DNA of 42,013 nucleotides from a virus. The stretch's first letter is position 1. Every line of letters begins with the position of its first letter. The DNA is taken from the IMG/VR virus record IMGVR_UViG_3300025009_000208. One strand, 5' to 3'. Positions 22,630 to 31,804 of this stretch are shown here, one piece after another. The translations under genes were made by a program, and so were the position numbers. The notes under the pieces were generated by a model. That model was given only the letters and a program-made list of their open reading frames with translations, was not told the DNA's origin and ran no database searches.

Positions 22630-22994
22630 ATTCTGATTAAACCTGAATCATATTTCCGGTGGCAAGATGGACAAAGCATGATATAGTTCTCTCTATCTTT
22701 AGTATATTTCTTGCCATGTATCAGGGCATATTCAAATCTTTTCGGTTTCCGTAATGTTATCCCGGCTGCATTTTTTCTCGGATAAATACAATCAGGATTC
22801 TCACAATGGGTTGCTCTTTTCCAACGATACCGGATGTAAGTATGCAAACTCGTGTAGGTAATATTGTTTCCTTTCCACCTTGCACTTTTCTCACCCGATT
22901 TGCCCACCATCCAGGGAGCACCTGTCCTTTTATGTGCTTCACTCATTTTTTTACGAGTCGTTTTTGAATGTTTAGTATGAATCCTTCTCGCCAT
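22605..22994 (-). CDS. HNH endonuclease
   Basis: THCENPDC...EYALIHGKKYTKDRENYIMLCPSCHRKYD. Confidence 0.6.
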   Translation of the reverse strand: MARRIHTKHSKTTRKKMSEAHKRTGAPWMVGKSGEKSARWKGNNITYTSLHTYIRYRWKRATHCENPDCIYPRKNAAGITLRKPKRFEYALIHGKKYTKDRENYIMLCPSCHRKYDSGLIRILLTNRYL

Positions 22995-23289
22995 TGTAAC
23001 CTCTTTCTATGACTCTCAAATTTCGGCAAATTTCTATCAAACATTCCTTAGTTGTCAAAAGCACCCGGACTTTATACTTCAGTCCCAGGTATTTTTCTGC
23101 AATAGGTTCTTGGGCTAGTTGTAACTTTGAACTGGCTTCCCTTTGCCCTTCCGTCTTTTCCATAGCGTGTAACAATTTCTTGTAATACGATCCGTAATAT
23201 TCCGATTCCAATTTTTCAAGTTGTGGAATCAGAACTTCCAGTTCTTCCATCACTCCAACCATTTTTTCATTAGCTTCTTTTAATGTCAT
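22972..23289 (-). CDS. Hypothetical coiled-coil protein
   Basis: 105-aa ORF with GGAGGTGA SD upstream of ATG at 23289. Confidence 0.5.
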   Translation of the reverse strand: MTLKEANEKMVGVMEELEVLIPQLEKLESEYYGSYYKKLLHAMEKTEGQREASSKLQLAQEPIAEKYLGLKYKVRVLLTTKECLIEICRNLRVIERGYNGEKDSY

Positions 23290-23346
23290 AATTTTTTCAC
23301 CTCCGATCCGTCAATCTCCTCAAAACTTAACTGTCCTTTCCATCCG

Positions 23347-23514
23347 TCAAGTAGTCTGCGTAGTTCCGCAGTCCAGGCACTCCCAAACTGTTTCATAATC
23401 ATCCGGGCTAGTCTGTTGATTGTATTTTATAATTCTATGGCTTCCACAATCCGGGCAAGTTTCATTGTCCAGGTGTTCCGGTTCTTCAATGTCCCGATCT
23501 TGATCTTCATCCAT
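23347..23514 (-). CDS. Small zinc-ribbon protein (55 aa), below the ORF-track cutoff
   Basis: Translation is MDEDQDRDIEEPEHLDNETCPDCGSHRIIKYNQQTSPDDYETVWECLDCGTTQTT, with two CxxC pairs. The start overlaps the end of the upstream gene. Confidence 0.5.
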   Translation of the reverse strand: MDEDQDRDIEEPEHLDNETCPDCGSHRIIKYNQQTSPDDYETVWECLDCGTTQTT

Positions 23515-23695
23515 AATAGTTCACCCCCTCGCTACTTAATACAAACAAAAATATAAATAGTATGTATAAAGTAAATCCGAACACTACTCCTTCAATGAAT
23601 GGAATCATTAAGCGATAGTTTTTCTGTCCTCTTAATAGTTTGTGGTGTCTTAACCATTGTCCGGCTAAAACTTTAATATCTCTAATAGTTCTCAT
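23507..23695 (-). CDS. Small membrane protein
   Basis: ATGA overlap with the SprT-like stop. Hydrophobic VVFGFTLYILFIFLFVL. Confidence 0.5.
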   Translation of the reverse strand: MRTIRDIKVLAGQWLRHHKLLRGQKNYRLMIPFIEGVVFGFTLYILFIFLFVLSSEGVNYYG

Positions 23696-24132
23696 AGTAG
23701 TTTGAATTTTAGTAAATACTTTTTGTTAAATCGTGGGCTACATTTTCCACATGATAATTTTCTTTTTCTGTTGTAATGGCTAATATCTCCGCAGTTTTTA
23801 CAGGTCGCTATATACTTATATTTTGGTTTTAATACATTATTTGGATACAATCTTTGACCATCACACCCGATTGATATAGCCTTTTGTTTCCATTCGTTTC
23901 CATGATGTATTCCTTTCGGTAGTAAGGCGTGGGCTATTTCGTGAAGTATTGTATTTTTAACTCTTGCTCCGTCATTTAATAGTGTTAGTTCTCTTGAGAG
24001 TGTTATTTTCTTTTTTGAATAATGGCAACACCCGAAACGCCTTACCGAATAGTCAAACTCAAATGACCAATCAGTCAAGTTGTGCAGTTTCATCAGATCA
24101 TGGGCTAGTTTTATAGTGTCCTTAATTCTCAT
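23692..24132 (-). CDS. SprT-like zinc metalloprotease with C-terminal zinc ribbon
   Basis: HEIAHALLP...HHGNEW (HExxH) plus CKNCG...CGKC. I chose ATG at 24132. The track start at 24147 is a GTG that lies inside the TATAAT box. Confidence 0.7.
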   Translation of the reverse strand: MRIKDTIKLAHDLMKLHNLTDWSFEFDYSVRRFGCCHYSKKKITLSRELTLLNDGARVKNTILHEIAHALLPKGIHHGNEWKQKAISIGCDGQRLYPNNVLKPKYKYIATCKNCGDISHYNRKRKLSCGKCSPRFNKKYLLKFKLL

Positions 24133-24138
24133 AATTTT

Positions 24139-24167
24139 ATTATACACCTATTGTCAAGTATTAACAA
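24139..24167 (-). promoter_or_regulatory. Leftward promoter TTGTTA-N17-TATAAT, 6 nt upstream of the ATG
   Basis: Reverse strand reads TTGTTAatacttgacaataggtgTATAATaaaattATG. No SD. Confidence 0.55.
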
Positions 24168-24228
24168 TTATTGAAGTGTATTGTCTTTATTCTCGGTTAT
24201 AATTATTGCTATGTCAATAGTCATTTAC

Positions 24229-24272
24229 TTGCACCGGGATTGTATAAGTATTGCTCCGGGCATTGTAATGTC
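24229..24272. repeat. Two tandem 22-nt direct repeats (operator- or iteron-like)
   Basis: TTGCACCGGGATTGTATAAGTA and TTGCTCCGGGCATTGTAATGTC, followed by a third CCGGC. Confidence 0.6.
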
Positions 24273-24312
24273 CCGGCTTCGTTTATATCCTTAGTAATTG
24301 CTATGTCTTACC

Positions 24313-24660
24313 CCCTTGATCATGATCATGACCTTGATCTATGTCTTAGCCTTAGCTCATGCCCTTGATCAATGCCTTAGCCTATGCCTTGACCTATGAT
24401 CATGACCTTGATCTTAGTTAATAACATGACCAATGGCATAGCCTTGATACTGTATAGTCCCCATAGTCATGTCTTAGACTTAGCACTTAGCCTAAGGCAT
24501 TGCCAATGCTATGACCTTGATCATGATCATAGCTATAGCTAAGCCTTAGCTATGACTATGATCTATACCATGACCATGACCATGATCATGACCATGATAT
24601 ATACCATGATCAGTGCAAGGCTATGGCTTAGGCTTGACCTTGACCAATGGCTTAGGCTTT
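24313..24660. repeat. Hexanucleotide-periodic, palindrome-dense non-coding block
   Basis: Runs of 6-nt words: CCTTGA TCATGA TCATGA CCTTGA TCTATG TCTTAG CCTTAG ... CCATGA CCATGA CCATGA TCATGA CCATGA. I counted 11 GATC and 13 CATG. Stops occur in all frames. Confidence 0.8.
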
Positions 24661-24810
24661 GCGTTTCCAATAATCACAGCTAGAGGGTAGGTATAGCTCA
24701 ATGCTATGCCCATGCATTGCCGTATTATGTCATTACCTTCCCAAACCCAGGGCAGTATCAATCCCCAAGGCTATGCTCATCCCCCATGTTCAAGGCTAAG
24801 GCTTTTCTCA

Positions 24811-24846
24811 TCTAGTTGACATGGGCATTACCTAAGTCAATACTAA
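24811..24846 (+). promoter_or_regulatory. 13-mer promoter motif TCTAGTTGACATG plus weak -10 (ATACTA/TACTAA) just upstream of the first rightward gene
   Basis: TTGACA at 24816-24821, -10 candidates at 24840-24846, ATG at 24851, no SD. Confidence 0.5.
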
Positions 24847-24850
24847 GTCT

Positions 24851-25411
24851 ATGCCAATGCCTAAACCCATATATAAGTCTTTGCCTGTATCTTTGCGTGA
24901 GGAAATAGAAGAATCAGTTAAGAAGGTAGGGGCTTTTGAAACCGCAACTAAGTATGCTAAGAAGGCAGGGATGAGTGCTTGGGGACTTTATCACAACCTA
25001 AATAAGAAAGTTAAGAGTGGGGAGATTGTAACTAATCGGGTAGTGCAACCGTATAATGCAAAACCTGTTAAGAAGGCTCAGAAATTATCAGACACCGAAA
25101 AGCAGTTCCTGGAAGATCTCAAAACCGGGAAGAAAGATATATCTGAAATTAGTCGGATGGTTGCCGTAAAGGTTTTTGAGAAGATGCTTAAATATCCGGA
25201 TGACTTCAAGTTCTACGACTTCTACCAAGCCCAATTACTTCAGCTTAAACAGGAGGAGGCTAAGAGTAAAAACACTTTGGCAATGGAACTTATTAATCGC
25301 TTATTTAACGGAAAGCTTCCCCCAACACATTGTCCTAATTGCGGGTTTGAAATAATCAAAATGGAAACGACTCAGGCGATTGAGGAAGGGGAGATTGTCA
25401 AAGATGATTAA
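24851..25411 (+). CDS. Probable small terminase subunit
   Basis: It sits immediately upstream of and overlapping terL. N-terminal HTH-like segment (FETATKYAKKAGMSAWGLYHNL), coiled middle, C-terminal CPNCG. Confidence 0.4.
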   Translation: MPMPKPIYKSLPVSLREEIEESVKKVGAFETATKYAKKAGMSAWGLYHNLNKKVKSGEIVTNRVVQPYNAKPVKKAQKLSDTEKQFLEDLKTGKKDISEISRMVAVKVFEKMLKYPDDFKFYDFYQAQLLQLKQEEAKSKNTLAMELINRLFNGKLPPTHCPNCGFEIIKMETTQAIEEGEIVKDD

Positions 25412-26969
25412 CCCATATGATATTCAGACTGCTATAACCACTCGGGATGTTGTTGCTTTTGCGGAGGATGTTCTCGGGATGCACCTTCACGAAGGTCAGA
25501 AGTATTGGCTAAGAAATTCTACTAAACCAATCAATGTCCTAAAACCTGCTAACCAATGGGGAAAGACTACGGCTGAAGCAATTAAACATGTCTTTCACGC
25601 AGTAACTAAGCCTCAACTTGACCGCTTTGACATGACTCTGGAGGATAGGATGCGGTTTGATTACAGGACTTTGAATGTGGGTAAAACCTACGAGATTGCC
25701 CGGGGAGTTTTGGAACAGGCTGTGGACATTACAGAGGGAAAGTATCTTCTACCTACAGGGCAATATAACAAATCTTTACTCCGGGGGTGGGCTATTAAAG
25801 AGGTTTGGGATGCTCCCCCGAAACTTCCCCAGATCGCTTGGTGGAATCACTCCCGGACTTTGATCAGATCTTTTGACGGACTTGGGGAAGCGTTCAAAAG
25901 ACTACGACTCGCATTTATCTCGGCTGATGAGTGCGGAGATATTCCCGATCTAAAGCTTTTCTTAAACGGAACTATGCTCCCTCGTCTTTTCTTCTTTCAG
26001 GGTTCGGTAGATTTAGTTGGGACTTCCCAACCCAAAGGTGTTGAGTATGAGGAGATTGCGGAGGATGCGGAGGAAGATCGGGATCAGTATTTTATTATAT
26101 CCGCAAATACGAATCCGGAGATGGCTTCAGTTTATACGAATGAATTTATGCCGGGAGATTCTATCAGAAAAATTGAAGCGATTGCAGATCCGGAACTTCG
26201 TAAGCAAATCATTTACGGACAATATGTGGATTGGGCAAAGCATTTATATTCTTGGGAGGAAATTGCTCAGATGTTTAGAAGCGATTTAGAATATGACCAA
26301 GAATCGGGCTTTTGTGAAGAACCGGAAGAAAACGGATACTACGCTTTTGCTACAGACCTGGCTGCAAGTGAAGATGAAACTTCCGTTACTTGCATTAGAT
26401 ATAATTTAAGGACTAAACTTGAAGATGGAAAGTTCAAACAACATCCCCACCGGGTTGTTTTTCATAAAGCCTGGAAGGGTGAGTCCCTACCACTCTCGGT
26501 TCAATACGAGATGATTAAGGAAATGTTCAACAAATTCCACCGGGTTTCTCCCGCAAGAACCAAGTTCATTTATGATGCAGGAAGTTTGGGAGGAAAAAAT
26601 GCGGAGGATGCTTTCAAAGAATTACATGGTTATCCTTTCCCACCAAAAGGTAGGGGTTACGCAGAAATAAAAGCTGAGGGAATGGGTAAAGTTAAAGAGG
26701 TTTTGGGTAGAGAAAGGGACTTTATAGTTGGGGAAAATGGTCTGATAGTTGACAAGAATAAAGATTGGGGAGGCATAAAAGCATCTCCAAAACTTACCGG
26801 ACTACGCAGACAACTTGAAATTGCTAGTAAGGATGATGTTAAAATAAAGAATGACCAGTTCTCAAGTTTTATGATGGCTCTACATTACATTGAAATGAGA
26901 GCACCGAAGTCAGGATTTTACAAAGCTGTAGATTTTAATATAATGAAAGGAACTGTAGTAAATTATTAA
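25404..26969 (+). CDS. terL: Terminase large subunit
   Basis: P-loop-like NQWGKTTAEA, Walker B-like FISADECGDI, and a C-terminal nuclease-size domain. ATG at 25404 (track start is TTG at 25380). Confidence 0.75.
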   Translation: MINPYDIQTAITTRDVVAFAEDVLGMHLHEGQKYWLRNSTKPINVLKPANQWGKTTAEAIKHVFHAVTKPQLDRFDMTLEDRMRFDYRTLNVGKTYEIARGVLEQAVDITEGKYLLPTGQYNKSLLRGWAIKEVWDAPPKLPQIAWWNHSRTLIRSFDGLGEAFKRLRLAFISADECGDIPDLKLFLNGTMLPRLFFFQGSVDLVGTSQPKGVEYEEIAEDAEEDRDQYFIISANTNPEMASVYTNEFMPGDSIRKIEAIADPELRKQIIYGQYVDWAKHLYSWEEIAQMFRSDLEYDQESGFCEEPEENGYYAFATDLAASEDETSVTCIRYNLRTKLEDGKFKQHPHRVVFHKAWKGESLPLSVQYEMIKEMFNKFHRVSPARTKFIYDAGSLGGKNAEDAFKELHGYPFPPKGRGYAEIKAEGMGKVKEVLGRERDFIVGENGLIVDKNKDWGGIKASPKLTGLRRQLEIASKDDVKIKNDQFSSFMMALHYIEMRAPKSGFYKAVDFNIMKGTVVNY

Positions 26970-26971
26970 AT

Positions 26972-28891
26972 ATGTCTAATTTTATTATTGATGATTCGGT
27001 AGGAAAGAAAACGATTGAGAGGATTAGTTCTAAAGTCAAGGAAAGGATCAAGCAATCTTCTAGTGAGATCTCCGATAGAAAAACAATTATTGAAAAACGC
27101 CAGGACTTTTTCAATGGGCTTCATCACAAGTGGACAAATGTTATCGGGCAAGGAATCAAACAACAGGAAGGACACATCCAGGTAGTTATAAACTATATCG
27201 GCAAATTCTGTCAGAAACTTATTTGGATTTTAACCAACTTCCCGGCAAAAATTAAAATCGTTCCGGAAGATGAATCAAATGATATTGAAGTTTCAAGAAC
27301 AGAGGCACTTGAGGATGCAGTTAGAAGAACCTTCAAAGAAAATAAATTCCAAACTTTGATTCTTGAGAAACTTGCAGTCAACCAAGTAAGAGATGGCGAT
27401 TTTGTTTTTGAATGTAAGGTTACAGAAGATGCTGAGGGTAAAAAGAAAATTGTTATTTCTCCAAATGAGGATCTTCTAAAAATTTCTGTTGGTTGGGATG
27501 ATGCTTCCGGGACTACATTTTCCTTCGTATCCTTTGCGGATACCTGGAGCATAGACAAAATAAAGCGGGAATTTGATTATGATGCAGAACCAATTTCTGA
27601 AAAAGAAAATACTTCAGAGAGCAAAGGTTCGCATCTTAATGATCAATACGGAATCCTGTCAACCCCATCAGGAACTGACGCTGGAAAAATTCCTTCTGGT
27701 AAATCAAATATTCCAAAAGCAAACATTGAGGATTATTGGGGGTATGAAGTTTTGAAATCAAAAGGCGAGAAACAATCTTCAGTCAAGGTTGTTAATTTGG
27801 TTTATATCAATAAAGAACTTGTGCAGTTTGTTGTTACCAAATATAAGAGGATTCCAAGATTTATCGGTCATTCCTTTATGGTTGCGGGTAAGCCATGGAG
27901 TAAAGGATTTATTGACGATTTGGTTGATCCACAAATTGAGCTTAATGATAGAAGTGGTGAGGAAGGTGATCTTGTTAGGGTAGGTTCACACATGAAATTC
28001 TTGGTTGTGAATATGCCTGATTTTGATCCTTCTTCAATTAAGCCTGGTAGTGGTCAGGTTATTTTCCTTGAAGGAGAGGATGTTGATTTTAGACCGCTTC
28101 AAATGTCAATTACTCCGTTCCCATCTGAATCTTATATTGACCGAAATCTTGAGCATATCTTCAACCTCGGACTTCCAAAGATTGCTCTTGCTGCAGGAAC
28201 TGCACCCTATACAGGCAGGGTAGCTGCAATTCAATACCAACCAGTTGCGGATATAACTCAAAATCTTCGTATGAAATGGGAGGATGTTTTAACAGATTTG
28301 ATTGGAACAATTCAGCAATACTTCATTGACTTCTTCCCGGAAACCCATCAGTTTATGCGTGAAAGTATTTACAATGAGGCTTCAAAAACATATGAAGATG
28401 GTGAACTTATTATTCGGGATGTGGAATTTGATTGGGAGAATATCCTACCACTTTCAAGGTCAGACAAAGTTGTTGATGCTTCCACAATGCGTGATAGGAA
28501 CGCCATCTCGCTTTCAACTTATCTTGAACTTACAGGATTCAAAGATCCTCAAAAAGAAATCAAGAAACTTGTCAAAGAAATGGCTAATGAAGATTTGGTT
28601 TCTACAATGACCAAGTTCCAGCAACTATCCCCGGGTGCTGTTAAGGCTCAGATTGATGCTTCTCAAGAAGTCAGAAAAACGGAGGAAGCCAATGCTGAAA
28701 CAATGGGAACAATGACTGAACTAGCTCAAACTGCATCAACCCCAACCAAAGCTCCAATTCTTTCTCCGGAACAGAATCAGGAGAGGAGGGGAATCTCCAC
28801 TTCAACGGGAACACCTACTGGACAAACAGCAACAGCTAAAGGTGCAGTTGCTCAAACAAGTCAAAATATAAATGCACAGCAAGGTGTCTAA
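26972..28891 (+). CDS. Portal protein
   Basis: 639 aa, directly after terL. The size and position are typical. The C-terminal tail is Ser/Thr/Pro-rich. Confidence 0.65.
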   Translation: MSNFIIDDSVGKKTIERISSKVKERIKQSSSEISDRKTIIEKRQDFFNGLHHKWTNVIGQGIKQQEGHIQVVINYIGKFCQKLIWILTNFPAKIKIVPEDESNDIEVSRTEALEDAVRRTFKENKFQTLILEKLAVNQVRDGDFVFECKVTEDAEGKKKIVISPNEDLLKISVGWDDASGTTFSFVSFADTWSIDKIKREFDYDAEPISEKENTSESKGSHLNDQYGILSTPSGTDAGKIPSGKSNIPKANIEDYWGYEVLKSKGEKQSSVKVVNLVYINKELVQFVVTKYKRIPRFIGHSFMVAGKPWSKGFIDDLVDPQIELNDRSGEEGDLVRVGSHMKFLVVNMPDFDPSSIKPGSGQVIFLEGEDVDFRPLQMSITPFPSESYIDRNLEHIFNLGLPKIALAAGTAPYTGRVAAIQYQPVADITQNLRMKWEDVLTDLIGTIQQYFIDFFPETHQFMRESIYNEASKTYEDGELIIRDVEFDWENILPLSRSDKVVDASTMRDRNAISLSTYLELTGFKDPQKEIKKLVKEMANEDLVSTMTKFQQLSPGAVKAQIDASQEVRKTEEANAETMGTMTELAQTASTPTKAPILSPEQNQERRGISTSTGTPTGQTATAKGAVAQTSQNINAQQGV

Positions 28892-28894
28892 AAC

Positions 28895-31804
28895 ATGGCA
28901 ATCACACTTAGAAGCTTATTATCAAAATACAAAAGCATAAGCAGACCTTCCGTTTTCTCTGGGAGTTCTTCTACATATTCCTCGGTTGCTAAAAAACAAA
29001 CTTCGGCAGAGGATGCAATTATTGATGATCAATATGAGCAGGGTAACTTATCGGCTGAAAGTTATCTTACAAAACTTCAAGAAAGATTGGGCAGATCTGG
29101 TAATACACCACTCCAAAGTCAGAATTTAACTGAAAAGATTAGGAATGTTCAACAAGATGTAACTGATGCTGATTATTCAAGGGCTTATCAGGGAGGACAA
29201 ATTGGTTCAAAGGAAATGTATGATTACGAAAAAGCCAAGTTGGATAAAATGACCGAACCCGGATCTCAGGCTTATATCAAACAGGAACAAAAGGTTCAAG
29301 GGCTTTTAGATAAGTCAGAAAGAGAAACAAGGTCATCTGCCAGAACTGCAAGAATGTTAGAAATTTCACAGATGCCGGAAGATAGTTCTGCAAAAACCTG
29401 GGAGAAATATAATCTATATGATCAGCTTGAACAACAGGCTAGGGTTGATGGAGATATTTCACAGGCTGATCAATTGGCTATTCAGAAAAACAATTATGCT
29501 TCTGCTGCGAAAAGAGCTGACATCAACGATCTTATTACCGGAACAAAACTCCAAACTTCTGAAACATTTGGTGCGGGAATAGGAGTTCCAACCGCAGAAG
29601 GTGGACAAAGTTTATATTCCGAATTAACAGGAGGTAAGATTGGTATAATTTCTCCAACTGTTAAAAACGCACTTGAGAGTTTAGATCGCCAAAAGAAAAC
29701 ATTGGATCGTTTATATCAAAGCAAGGATGATAAAAACGCTATGGTTTCAACTTATGAACAGGCGGTCAATGCTGCTACTGGAGATCAGAAAACCCAACTC
29801 ACAATTGCTCTTAATAATCTAAAGAACGATATTGTGAGTATTGATAATCAGATTAGTAATACAACCCAAAATATCACAGACACAGTTTATAAGATTCAGG
29901 ATGCAAACGGCAAAGCTGCTGCATCTTCTTTCAAACAAGAATTGAGAAAGAAACTCGCTGAAGCTGCCAAGAAAGAAACAGAGATTGAACAGAAATTCCA
30001 AAAAGGGGAAATCAATAAAATTGATTATATAGCTTCGGCAATTCAAGCAGCAGAACTTAAAGGATTTTTGTATGAACAGGCATCAAATGGGTTTGCTCAA
30101 TTTGGGGATGATGATAATGCTCAAAAGTATTTGGATAGTATGAATGAAACTTTGGATCTACATGAAGGGCTTATTACTTATGCTCAAAATATTGACGATT
30201 ATGAACCCATTATGGTTGATAAAGATAGCAATCTGACAAATATTCATGGGGATAAACTTCGCAAGGGAGATATTGTTTTGAGTGATGTTCGGGATTTGAA
30301 AATATCTGGGAGATGGAATGAAAACTATGCAAATGTTGATGGGGTTTTTCACAGAATTAAATACGATTCCAAGTTCCTTGATAAGGATGGGTTCTTGATC
30401 CCCGGACTTAGTGGAAGTGATACTGCGGAAATATTGGGTAATGCCTATGTTGATACAGTTAAAAACGGAGTAGTTTCACAGGAAAGAATCAGATTTCTTA
30501 AATCTCCGGAAGGAATTAAGGCAGTAACTGAAACCGAAGCACAGAAATTACTTAATGAACAAGCTGCTATTCAGAATCAAAAAGGTGAGTTGATCGTTAA
30601 ACCTAATACTCCTGTTAAAAATTTAATGAAATCAGTAGAAGATATAAAAAGCTTTGTTCAGGGGGTTGTGCCAGGATATAAACAATATACCAACACATCT
30701 CCTAAATCTTTGAATATTGTTGATTATTATAAGAAAAATCTTTCACCGATTGTGCAAAAAGGAGTTGAGGGAGCTAAAAACATATTCCAGCAAGGAAAAG
30801 AATTTGCTTCAACGGCAATCAATAAAGCAAAGGATATTTTCCGGGGAATGAATATCTTTAATCCTCCTACTGTTAGTGGAAAACAGTTAACCCCAGGAGA
30901 GAATCAAACTCCATACGATAAAGAAATTAACTCTATTTTCGGAGAAGAAGCTACAGATGCTGCTAGGGTTTTGAGATATACAGACGAGAATGGGGCAGTT
31001 AAGGGAGAAAATACTAGATACCAGATTGGGACTGAAGTTGATATTCCTAATCGTGATGGTTCAATTGATCGTGGACTTTTTAGAATTAACTCAAATACAT
31101 TTAAGGATTTCCAGAGAAGAAAAGGTCAACTTATGGCACAGTATGGAATTAAATCCTGGGATGACATGCTTAATCCTTTGAAAAATACAGCTATGGCTAA
31201 GATTATAAAAGATGAGCAGGGATGGGCTGCTTGGTATGCAGCTCCTGAAGATTTAAGATCTGGTAAAGAAGCAACTGTTTCGGCAAGTCAGAACTCAAGA
31301 GATCTCAGAACCAAGAATATTGAATTAGCTCTCGGACTTCCTGAAGGTTCTTATAAAAAGGGAATTGCTGTTGATCAGGCTGCAATTGATAAAGCGTATA
31401 GAAGCAATAACCAGGACATGATTAAACTTATGAAAGAAGAAGGATTTAATCCTTCACCAGAGCCTACACCAATGCCCACCGGAACTCCAACTCCTTCTTA
31501 TCAGGGATCTTCTTCAGGTGGTAACTCATCTTGGAATCCACCTAGAATTGAGATTCCTAAAATCAATATTCCTCAGATTGCATCAAATATTGGACAGGCT
31601 GCACAAAAAGCATCAACTGCGGTTAAAAATTACTTTACCCCAACCTCTAATGCAGGACAGAATTTCTGGTCAACACCTGTTGCTTCTGGACTTGCCAATA
31701 TCCAAAGAGCGGTTCAAAATGTTACTCAACCTGTAGTGAACAAAGTTTCACAGGCTGTAAATACCGCAAAGAGTTGGGTTAGCAATTTGTTCAAAAAGAA
31801 GTAA
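28895..31804 (+). CDS. Large (969-aa) virion protein with coiled-coil N-terminal two thirds and a lysozyme-like segment
   Basis: DGSIDRGLFRINSNTFKDF...GWAAWYAAP resembles the DYGIFQINS..W core of lysozyme-fold / lytic transglycosylase enzymes. It lies between the portal and scaffold genes. Confidence 0.45.
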   Translation: MAITLRSLLSKYKSISRPSVFSGSSSTYSSVAKKQTSAEDAIIDDQYEQGNLSAESYLTKLQERLGRSGNTPLQSQNLTEKIRNVQQDVTDADYSRAYQGGQIGSKEMYDYEKAKLDKMTEPGSQAYIKQEQKVQGLLDKSERETRSSARTARMLEISQMPEDSSAKTWEKYNLYDQLEQQARVDGDISQADQLAIQKNNYASAAKRADINDLITGTKLQTSETFGAGIGVPTAEGGQSLYSELTGGKIGIISPTVKNALESLDRQKKTLDRLYQSKDDKNAMVSTYEQAVNAATGDQKTQLTIALNNLKNDIVSIDNQISNTTQNITDTVYKIQDANGKAAASSFKQELRKKLAEAAKKETEIEQKFQKGEINKIDYIASAIQAAELKGFLYEQASNGFAQFGDDDNAQKYLDSMNETLDLHEGLITYAQNIDDYEPIMVDKDSNLTNIHGDKLRKGDIVLSDVRDLKISGRWNENYANVDGVFHRIKYDSKFLDKDGFLIPGLSGSDTAEILGNAYVDTVKNGVVSQERIRFLKSPEGIKAVTETEAQKLLNEQAAIQNQKGELIVKPNTPVKNLMKSVEDIKSFVQGVVPGYKQYTNTSPKSLNIVDYYKKNLSPIVQKGVEGAKNIFQQGKEFASTAINKAKDIFRGMNIFNPPTVSGKQLTPGENQTPYDKEINSIFGEEATDAARVLRYTDENGAVKGENTRYQIGTEVDIPNRDGSIDRGLFRINSNTFKDFQRRKGQLMAQYGIKSWDDMLNPLKNTAMAKIIKDEQGWAAWYAAPEDLRSGKEATVSASQNSRDLRTKNIELALGLPEGSYKKGIAVDQAAIDKAYRSNNQDMIKLMKEEGFNPSPEPTPMPTGTPTPSYQGSSSGGNSSWNPPRIEIPKINIPQIASNIGQAAQKASTAVKNYFTPTSNAGQNFWSTPVASGLANIQRAVQNVTQPVVNKVSQAVNTAKSWVSNLFKKK

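Noticed and set aside
24171-24368. Track ORF of 65 aa ending in PLDHDHDLDLCLSLSSCP
   Set aside because: It is simply one frame of the hexamer repeat. It has no SD or promoter context, and its N-terminal part runs through promoter and operator repeats.
24300-24660. Possible CRISPR array in the repetitive intergenic block
   Set aside because: The periodicity is 6 nt. There is no 25-40-nt repeat alternating with unique spacers, and there are no cas genes anywhere in the genome.
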